10,483 nt of DNA. Origin: Chlorokybus atmophyticus (taxonomy: Eukaryota; Plantae; Mesostigma and Chlorokybus algae). Shown here piece after piece: positions 1-7,901 of this stretch. Within the stretch, counting starts at the first letter, position 1. Each line of letters begins with the position of its first letter. Location: assembly GCA_009103225.1 (NCBI GenBank), contig RHPI01002990.1, positions 483,203 through 493,685 of the forward strand, read 5' to 3'. The notes beneath the pieces were generated by a model. The model was not told where the DNA came from, did no database searches, and saw only the letters and a program-made list of their open reading frames with translations. Position numbers and translations under genes: made by a program.

Positions 1-21
1 GGGGGGAGGGGGGTAACACAC

Positions 22-2208
22 CTGAACGTAGCAGATGACAGTAGCAGAGTATGCACAGGGTGCGATGGATACTCTGCTGCCAGCCCAGACACCGCATCTT
101 GAACCACAACTTTGCCTAGGTATGCTAACAGTTCAGTTACACTCAACATCGAAGTCTTGGCGTTGGGACCCATGTCATTTACAGTTTGCTGAAGAACTGG
201 CAGGAAAGGGAACACGACATGTATAAGCTCAATGGGAACGTCCACCATGAAGCGCGCACTCCAAAAGAGTCCAAAGTCTTTTTGGGCGGCGCCTGGCCAG
301 CCGGCTGCACCCAACAACCCTTCCGGACCAAAAAACTTCATGTAGCTTTTATGCATAGCATCAAAGCACCATTTGCCCATTCGTGCAATTTCCTGTAACA
401 ACACAGTGTTGGCGCGCACATTACTTGCGTTCAGTATTCGAATTCTAACCGATACGTGCTTACCTTCTCATTGATGCCTCTGTTGTCCATGAATTGCGCT
501 CCGGCTACACGGAAGGCGTGTGTGACTTTCTTAATGTCAATGCCCAAGGCCTTACATCTGGTCTTGATGGATTTGTAGTGCTGCTCGTACGAGATAGTTT
601 GGTCCGGCTGTTGACAAGAGAAACAACCGCTAAGTGTTGTATGTGCCATGCTGCTGAGTGGAGCAGCATTGCACCATGCGATGCATCTTACTTGAGCTCC
701 AAACCATAATGCGGTCTTATTCCATTCATCTTTCACGCGAGGATCGGGAAACCGTTCACCATTAATAGCAAATCGATGTGAGAGTAGGCGTCCTAAGGAG
801 CCTTGTGGACACTCGACAGGATTTCTAGAGCGGATGCAACCCGCGAAACTGACTTGACCGTTTTTAAGTGTCTTCCCTCCGCTCAGCACCGCATAGACAA
901 GTATGCATGGTGAAGGACCTGCGTTGACAACATATTGTTACAAGCTAGCACTGGCACTACCTAGCATAGCGTGTGACTAAAACCATGCGCGTGTGTGTGT
1001 GCGCGCGCGTGTATGTGCACGGTGTAATTAACACCATGTCCGCGTGTGTGTGCAAGCGTGTGTAGGTGCAAGAGTGGTGGTGGGTTTACATACCTATGTT
1101 TTCCACGACTTGTGGAGGACACAAGTCTAGCAAGTAGACTGCTCTCCCTTCCGTTGAGCGCCCAATGCAACTCGTAAGCCACGTTGACATGGAGTGATCT
1201 CGCGACGCAGGCAAGGACGGGTCTGCCAACATGCTAGTGGCTAGGCTAAGCCATTGTTGAATGGTGAAAGTCGCGTTTACAATGCCATCTTGCGGATCGT
1301 CAGAAGAATCTGGCCGTTGCCCTTTTTGCGCAACCGAATCTTTTGCGGTTTGATACACCATCCGATACCCGACGTGCTGGACAAGTTGAGCACGCTCCCA
1401 AAGGTCTGGTGTGAATGATAGGTTTGCACGGGCTCCAACTTGTTGATGGGCGTAATGACTCTGCAACATTGAGTGGCAAGACTCCACAATACTTAGTTTC
1501 TGCACAGACAATGACAATTCGTGCACATGAGCAACATGAGCAACATGTCAGTTGCCAAGATATACCATCAAATATGTACCAGCACTTTGGCCTTGCGAGG
1601 ATAGTCATAACCAGGCATGTTGGATGTTACCCATTGCATGAAACGCATGGCCAACTTAGCCCCCTCTTCCCCTGCTAGGATGTCATCAATTGGAGCAGCA
1701 CGTGGCAAGCTTGTAGCAGGATCATGGTTGAGGAACCACTCAAACTTCTTGTGATGTTGATTGTAAGAGCGTGTGGAATTGGGTCGCATCGTGTTCCTTC
1801 GATTCTTTGACACCATGTTGTAAAACTCTGCTGGCGCTCTGCATGCATGCCAGTTCATAAACGTCACCAATGAATGGAGTGATGGGATAGCCTCTGCAAG
1901 CAGCAACTCACGTTGATGTGAGCGCATGTCTCGTCCTAGCTTGATCTCGTAGCTTTCCATGCTTTGCTTGATTCCCAGCTGCCACAGCGGCATTTGTTTG
2001 CTCTGCAGCGCCCCATTGCTGACGTTCACATTCCATTTGGCAAGACCTATCAAATACAACATTGAAGTGAGCAATGAACAACACGCGAGCACTAACCATG
2101 CATTATGCACCTGAGTGTTGCTGGCTGCTGTCGACCATGATTTTGTTGATGCAATGCACCATCATCGGCATCAGAGTCCCAATCCTCGATCTGTCCATCA
2201 ACCTCCAT
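22..2208 (-). CDS. CryptonF-like tyrosine recombinase (Ndc10 domain II-type), multi-exon, 3'-partial at the window edge
   Basis: Hand-spliced exons (-): 2208-2111, 2046-1912, 1838-1580 (alternative donor at 1586), 1499-1094, 918-692, 607-464, 392-22. All introns are GT..AG with matching phases (64, 73, 80, 175, 84, 71 nt); another GT donor starts at 21. This gives ~546 stop-free codons. Motifs: RPNSTRSYNQHHKKFEWF; CIGRSTEGR (R at 1158-1160); ENIGPSPCILVYAVLSGGKTLKNGQVSFAGCIRSRNPVECPQGSLG (K at 872-874); KKVTHAFRVAGA (H 518-520, R 509-511); EIARMGKW (W 369-371); MHKSY (Y 342-344); YLGKVVVQDAV..YPSHPV. The pattern matches my recollection of fungal CryptonF/Ndc10-II proteins. The two 5' exons and the start (2208 or 2229) are less certain than the catalytic core. 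Confidence 0.88.
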
Positions 2209-2419
2209 GTTCGATAACTCACACCCCATTAGAATGCGCCCATGCCTGCCTGCCTGTTCATGCGTGCGTGTGTACGTTTGTGCCTAAAGATACATAAGTG
2301 ACATTGGACGCTGCATGACTAGCACATTGCATGCGTGCATCACAGTGTATTTGCAAGCAAGCTACGACTATGTGTGGGTACAATTGGTACGCTACTGCAG
2401 GCGCTGCGCGTAGGTGGCG

Positions 2420-2590
2420 TGTGGGGCTGGGGTGGAGGGGAGAGGGGGATAAAGATTGCAACTGTATGAAATTTGTTTGAAAGCAAGCTCTGCCTGTATG
2501 GCCTGTGGGGCTGGGGTGGTGGGTGGAGGTGCGATAAAGACTGCAATTGTATGTCTGATACAAGGTGTCTTGAAGCAGCTCTGCCTATAT
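2420..2590. repeat. Degenerate ~85-90 bp tandem duplication containing a G-quadruplex motif
   Basis: tgtggggctggggtgg at 2420 and 2504; gataaaga(t/c)tgcaa(c/t)tgtatg at 2448 and 2533; aagc(a)agctctgcct at 2481 and 2573. Four G-runs at 2423-2448. Confidence 0.8.
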
Positions 2591-2652
2591 ATTCAGTTCA
2601 GCCAGTAATGCACATATGCGTGGCGCATGTGTGCGTCACAATGTCCATATCT

Positions 2653-3020
2653 GGAAGCAAGCTTCGTATGCTGCATGCAACTATGTGCTGGCTTGGCTGC
2701 TCAATGCGCATGTCAAAGCTAGGTTGTTGTGTGCATGCACTTGCGTTATTGCGTTAGTTTCAACTTGATCTCTATCGCATGCAGACAATGTCCAAGCCAG
2801 TATGTAAGTGAGCAATCAAAGGCTTAATGACAAAGCTAGACTTAAACACTGCACATAATTGGAAGCCAGTTTCGTATGCACTTGCAGCTATGTGCTGGCT
2901 TGGCTGCTGAATGTGCGTGTGCATACACTGGCACGCATAAGATTCAACTTCAGTCTCTATGGCATGCACACAATGTGCCAGTCAGTAAGTCAATATAAAG
3001 TGAGCAAACAAAGGCTTCAT
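2653..3020. repeat. Degenerate ~185-208 bp tandem duplication
   Basis: Exact 21-mer ctatgtgctggcttggctgct at 2681 and 2888; ggaagc at 2653/2861; ttcaactt at 2759/2943; aagtgagcaa at 2806/2998; aaaggctt at 2818/3010. Confidence 0.8.
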
Positions 3021-3349
3021 ATAGGCAAGGGGTACAAGCTCTTGTTACGCCTAGTCCTATCTGCTACTAAGCGAGGTTGCTAAGACAGCACCTTGCATGC
3101 GCTTGCATGACTCCTTGACTGCTTCTGCTAAAACAACCTGCCGACATACCTCGTGCCCTCTAGCAGGCGCCTGCCCCCGTCACTGCCGCCAGTGCCCTGT
3201 TGTCGCGGACGTTGCCAATGGCGGGCTAACCACTCACACTACCCACCACCTCCGCCCTTGGCCAATCGCCACTTCCACAAACATCCTGCTGCCGCCGTCG
3301 CCCGCAACTCCCACCGCCGCCACCTGCCGCCGTCGCCGCCGTGGCCTGC

Positions 3350-3376
3350 TTAAGCCACGTAGCCGCCGTGGCTTAA
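3350..3376. repeat. Perfect 10-bp inverted repeat with 7-bp asymmetric spacer
   Basis: ttaagccacg (3350-3359) + tagccgc + cgtggcttaa (3367-3376); the arms are exact reverse complements. Confidence refers to the repeat, not to a function. Confidence 0.9.
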
Positions 3377-3486
3377 AGTTTGCGTCAGCGCCAGCGTCAG
3401 CGTCACGGCCGCGCGCTGCGTGTGACGATGACGATGACTAGCGTCATTAGATGACGGGCGTGCTCGAGGCGTATACTGGATACGAT

Positions 3487-3678
3487 ACACGGTCTGACCG
3501 TGTCGCGGTTAATGAACCGCGACCTCAAAAAAGTTTTCGAGGTCGCGGCGGGCCGGGCCAAGATAAGCGGGTCCGCGCCCAAGATAAGCGGGCCCCAGGC
3601 AAAACGCCCGGGGCTGGCCGCGACTTATCTCTCTACTTATCTTCCCGGAGGACAAAGCGCCTAGGAGGCGTGTCCTCC
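3487..3678. repeat. Cluster of overlapping inverted repeats and short direct repeats
   Basis: acacggtc/gaccgtgt (3487-3503); gtcgcggtt/aaccgcgac (3502-3523); ccgcgacctc/gaggtcgcgg (3517-3548); ccaagataagcggg x2 (3558, 3579); cttatct x2 (3624, 3636); ggaggac/gtcctcc (3647-3678) enclosing cgcct/aggcg. Confidence 0.85.
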
Positions 3679-3776
3679 CACCGTCCTCTCCGCGCTGCGC
3701 GCGCGTCCTCCCAGTAAAGATATTCTCTACACATCATGCATCACGCAACTCGCAATTTGTGTACCGGTAATTGTGT

Positions 3777-3896
3777 GTGCACCGATACAGTGCACCGATA
3801 CCGATAATCTCACTTGCCCCATCCCCAACATTGTTGATACGTTGACAAATGCGTCGACGTCGACGCTCGGATAAGTCGCGTGTCGCCAACCCTAAA
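3777..3896 (+). promoter_or_regulatory. Candidate upstream elements of the S17 gene
   Basis: gtgcaccgatac x2 (3777, 3790); perfect 16-bp palindrome gcgtcgacgtcgacgc (3851-3866); telo-box-like aaccctaaa (3888-3896) about 80 nt before the ATG. Function is not demonstrable from sequence. Confidence 0.3.
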
Positions 3897-3974
3897 AGCA
3901 GTGGCATTCGCTGGGTGTTGCTGGCGGCGGCGGCGGCAGCGTTGGGGTTGTAGCTGGTGACGGCGGCAGCAGCA

Positions 3975-4697
3975 ATGGCATCGGCGGGGTTGAGGATAGG
4001 ATCATCAGTGAGCGCCTCGTCGCTGGCCTCTGTCCAGCGATGCGACTTGGGCGCGGCGGCGGGGCCGTCCAGGCCGCAGGCAGCAGGAGCAGCCGCCCCC
4101 TGCTGGAGGGCCCCCGTGGTTATGGCCAAGGCTCTCCAGGGAAGAGTCGTGGGAACCAAGGCTTCCAAGACAGCCGTCGTGGAGGTCACGCGCATCTATG
4201 AGCACCCCCGCTACAGGAAGAAGGTAGGCGCTACCTATTCTTACCACACTGTCCCCTCTGTGGCCAATTGTACTTGTACAAAGGACTGTGTTGGTCGTGA
4301 ACAGGCACATTGGCCATGAGTATTACACCCTACATTCCATGTGATTACCGTTGCTTGCCTTGCTCAATTCACTTATAGCTACTTGCTAACCGTTGTCTAT
4401 CTTCGTCAAGTATGGGGTCTTGCAGCAACGCTGATGTTGGCAATTACCATTAGCGATTACTCACGTAGACACGATGGTGCTGATCAAAGCTGAATTATGA
4501 TTGATATGTGCGTTCCTCTCCAGATACGCACTTCGCACAAGTACGCCGTGCATGATGAGACCGAGGAGGCCACCGTCGGTGACTTCGTGCAGATCATCCC
4601 TATTGCGCCCAAGTCCAAGACAAAGACCTTTGGGCTCGCCAGCATTATCCGCAAGGGTCGTATGCTTCCCGGCTCAGACATCCTCGTTGTCGAATAA
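3975..4697 (+). CDS. PRPS17: Nuclear-encoded bacterial-type ribosomal protein uS17, probably plastid-targeted; 2 exons, 140 aa
   Basis: Exons 3975-4223 and 4524-4697, with a 300-nt phase-0 GT..AG intron. Mature part: AKALQGRVVGTKASKTAVVEVTRIYEHPRYRKK|IRTSHKYAVHDETEEATVGDFVQIIPIAPKSKTKTFGLASII, a clear uS17 pattern. The ~50-aa Ser/Ala-rich N-terminus has only one acidic residue and ends in APVVMA, resembling a chloroplast transit peptide. Family call is strong; plastid versus mitochondrial targeting is inference. Confidence 0.92.
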
Positions 4698-4701
4698 GCA
4701 T

Positions 4702-4784
4702 GTAAGTCTCCTTGATTACCTGCCTTCATCCCTTGCCATGTTTTCTTGTTTACCCACACCTTGACACAACACAACTTGCGACAG
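4702..4784 (+). other. Possible 83-nt intron in the S17 3' UTR
   Basis: gtaagt donor 5 nt after the TAA; acag acceptor ending at 4784; length matches other short introns in the window. Confidence 0.4.
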
Positions 4785-6006
4785 GATGCTACTTCACAAT
4801 ATGCTGCTAGGAGTGGACTTGGCAGCAACCAGCACCTGTGTCGCACGTGGCTGACCTGAAGTTGTTACTTGTCTGCTGGCTAGCCTTGTGTTCCTGAGCT
4901 ATGCTAATTGCACTGCAACACTCTGCTCCAGTTGCCAGCTTATTGACTGCTGCTGTTATATATTTTGCTGCGCCACTGCGGCGTGAGGATTCAAAATCTG
5001 TCATTGCTGCCAGAGAGTATGCACTGGTGTGGCCTTGTTGTCGTTACGGCCTTGGGCACTGCATCTGTTGCTGTTGCTTGCGGCCATAGTGGTGTTTTGT
5101 TTCTAGACATAATTTCTGAGGTGATACTTTTCTTTTTACACGGTAGTTATCGGTGTGTGTCTGACACTTATACTAACAGTTGGTTTTGAGAAAGCAATCT
5201 GGCAAAAAAGCAGACACCAGACAGAGCTATGATCTGCTCAAGTTTCAGTAAAGAGGTGGTGACTATAACAGCAGATGCAGCCACAACCATTGCATGCAAG
5301 TTATAGCCGTCTCAAGGCATGTAGCCTGCATTCAAGTGGACTGTGTGTAGAAGGTGCACATGTCATTCCACTTGCAAGGCCTTTGGGTGCTTAGTAATGT
5401 AGGCAAAGTCAACTGCTTGGCAGGAACATGAGCATGCTTGTGTGCGTGGGTGTGGGCGTGCACATGTGTGCGTCTGCGCATGTGTAGAATATATGCAATA
5501 CGGTGTGTCTGCAAAGCACGTGCATTCACTGAGACTGCCACCCCCATACGCGCACTATCGCGTGGCTGGCAGTCTCAGCAGTTGCACACAGAAACTGTCA
5601 GAGATGCCAGCAAGCCTATACAGCCACATCCATCTAGCACGACCATCAACCATAATGTGTAGGTTTGTGCGCTGTGTGGTCCTCATTGTTCGGAATGCAG
5701 TGGAGGAGAGCGAACCCGCGTGATATATCAGCGCTGATGTAAGCTGCTGTTGGTGCGAGCATGCGTGCTCTTGAGAGACCATTCACGCTCATTCCAAAGG
5801 TTCTTGCATCGTGCATCGCAATCAGTATTTCACATGTATGAATCTAAATCCTATGGGTGTGTCGTTGCTGCCTGGCTTTCCACATGTGAGCATACAGCCA
5901 AGCTCGTCACAACAGTTCATGACAACAGCATACGGCAAAAGTTGTGCACATCTTGTCCTGGCCAGACAAACTAGCCGCACAACCCTCTTGCTCTCACACG
6001 TCGTTG

Positions 6007-6867
6007 CTAAAGACGTCCCCCGCGCCCGCCCTCACGCTCGTCGTCAAAGTACTTGGTGTGCTTGTCCTTGCCCTCCATCCGCTTCAGCGTGTAGTCCCCA
6101 TCATAGCAGGTCTCCGTGCGGCAGATCTCACCCTGTGTGCGCGTGCATGAGTGTGTGTCAAATCCCACTTCGTCACACAGGCTAAGTGTCTGATGAAGGT
6201 GGTACCAAAAGTCTCATGTTCCCGCCCACAGTGAATCCAATAGTGGACTCGTTCACCATCGCACCCTCCTTGATATCTGGAGACAGACGTGTGCGTGTGC
6301 GTGTAACAGTGTGTATGTGCGTGCCTTCAGTGGTAAAGAGCAGCACAGGGTGTGGCTTACGACATGTTGAAGGGCTGCATGACAATGTGCCACTCCTTGA
6401 CAAAATCCTGAAGAGCTTTGCGGCCCTTGATGGGCTCACTCTTCGGGGTCAACGGCTGCATCGCTGCACATCAATGAAAATTTTGTCACGACAACAGAAT
6501 GTCCAATCAAGATTGAACATTCTTTTGTCGTCACAAACTTTTCTTGAACTGATGCACGTGGTTTGAGCTCCCAACAGAGGTGGTTTTGTGTGTGCGTGTG
6601 TGTGAATGCATGCGTGCTTTGCAATTGAGAACACACTCACAGATGAAGTCCTCTGAGAGTAGGCGGTCAAGGTCCTTCACGCTGCGGGTGCCGACCCACA
6701 CCATCGCGTAGTCGCGCACGCTATCCGGGGTGTGTCTCGCCTGCAATGACACCAACATGCAAGTCTCATGTTGCCATCCAGCCAGTATGTCACATGCAAG
6801 CCACACATAACAAAACATGCCCCTCCTTGTGTGCAGTGTCTGATACCTTCATCTCCCCCTTGTGCAT
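6007..6867 (-). CDS. Small multi-exon protein, probable SnoaL-like/NTF2-fold (paralog A, ~149 aa)
   Basis: Candidate exons (-): 6867-6847, 6740-6641, 6463-6361, 6276-6177, 6132-6007. Translation: MHKGEMK|ARHTPDSVRDYAMVWVGTRSVKDLDRLLSEDFI|SMQPLTPKSEPIKGRKALQDFVKEWHIVMQPFNM|SYQGGCDGERVHYWIHCGREHETFGTTFIRHLAC|GEICRTETCYDGDYTLKRMEGKDKHTKYFDDEREGGRGGRL. Coding status is supported by synonymous-biased divergence from paralog B. DLDRLLSEDF..P....PIKGRKAL..F, DGERV and GEI......D resemble SnoaL-like domains. The start codon and the last intron (only 44 nt) are uncertain. Confidence 0.6.
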
Positions 6868-6928
6868 TTCCGCGTAACCTTACATCGGATGAGTGTTCAT
6901 CCTGAGGTGGGCACACAAGCAGAAATTG

Positions 6929-6948
6929 TCTCTCTCTCTCTCTCTCTC
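6929..6948. repeat. (TC)10 microsatellite
   Basis: tctctc... run read directly. Confidence 0.9.
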
Positions 6949-7203
6949 CCTGTTGCACACGCACACACAGACACACTGTCCTTGGGTCAAAACCACAAAC
7001 ACACCTCATACACACATGAGTCAGCACGAGTAACAGCCCTGCCCCGGCACAGTGTGTCTGTACAATGTGCCTAGGCTACAAGTCCACATACGCACACAGG
7101 CGTTTGCCAAGGCGTCGGAAAGCACCAAGCTGTCAGGTACAATAGTGTCGTTGTCACGCCCAAGGCCCGAGGGACCACATGGCTAAGAGTGACGACAAGA
7201 CAG

Positions 7204-7225
7204 GCGCGCGCGCGCGTGTGTGTGT
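7204..7225. repeat. (GC)n(TG)n alternating purine-pyrimidine tract
   Basis: gcgcgcgcgcgcgtgtgtgtgt between the divergent paralogs. Confidence 0.8.
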
Positions 7226-7901
7226 CATAATCTTTGCAGTTGTGTAGCACGCATAAGCACCTGGCTGATGCATTGTGTTGTATGTCACATGCACCGAACT
7301 CGTCATGATGTTTCCCTGATCGGGTTGCGAAGGGTGTGACTGTGTGCGATTATTTGAACGTTTGGGCAGATGCGGCCTGTGCTTCTTCTGTTTGGTCCTA
7401 TCGCATGTCCCACAGGCTGATGCTGACTCCTCCTTTGTGCAAGTCCCATCACTCCTCCTTACTGTACTGACCTTGCCACGGTAAGCATATTGAACCTTGA
7501 ACGCTAAAGTGAGTACACATGATGGGGCTGCACTGCTGGAGTAATTTGCACGTCAGCTTGTGTGGTGATGCATGTAGTCAAGCGTCACAGGCCACTAACA
7601 AGAAACTGATATCTCGTGAATAGTCTTACACCGGACAGCCTATGCACACTCTACATCTTTCTGCCCCTGTGTATAGCTGCTCGTATACCAGCCTGTACAG
7701 TCCGTGCGATGTATATACACACTTTTGCTCCACTAAAATGCCCTTGTCATCCACATCCACAGGCGGTAATGCATACATATAATTGTGGTCTAAGCAGAGG
7801 GCAGAGAGGGTGAGAGCGAGTATGACAGGGCTGTGCTGGTATCTCTCCTGCTTACGTACGGTCCCAGGATGAACACTCCTCAGATGCACGGCTTTACTGA
7901 G

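Larger units (their letters stand above)
1..3376 (-). mobile_element. Putative Crypton (tyrosine recombinase DNA transposon); boundaries uncertain, left end outside the window
   Basis: Contains the YR gene above. The right boundary must lie between the YR start (~2229) and the S17 upstream region (~3900); 3376 is a guess based on the inverted-repeat site. A domesticated, immobile Crypton-derived gene cannot be excluded. Confidence 0.55.

Noticed and set aside
1568-2110. 180-aa ORF as a standalone gene; likewise 1086..1526 and 431..889
   Set aside because: These are exon fragments with intron read-through of the single spliced recombinase gene.
22-2208. Prophage or bacterial integrase, or DIRS retrotransposon
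   Set aside because: Spliceosomal introns and Ndc10-II-like motifs argue against a bacterial integrase; no RT/RNase H or gag-like ORF is visible in the window.
3558-3592. CRISPR-like repeat-spacer array
   Set aside because: Only two 14-bp repeats with a 7-bp gap, in eukaryotic context, with no cas genes.
3097-3717. ORFs 3097..3441, 3153..3353 and 3451..3717
   Set aside because: GC-rich, low-complexity and repeat-derived translations with no recognisable domain or splice support.
3734-4310. Antisense ORFs 3734..4195 and 4005..4310
   Set aside because: Shadows of the GC-rich S17 exon 1 and its leader.
4800-5990. Short ORFs between S17 and paralog A
   Set aside because: No recognisable motifs; rich in TG/CA microsatellite-like sequence; consistent with convergent 3' UTRs and intergenic DNA.
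7085-7680. Additional upstream coding exons for the paralog pair
   Set aside because: Splice-like signals exist (e.g. a cccacag acceptor near 7415 and a gtaagc donor near 7481), but no frame joins stop-free to the conserved exons and the two copies barely align here; more likely 5' UTR exons.
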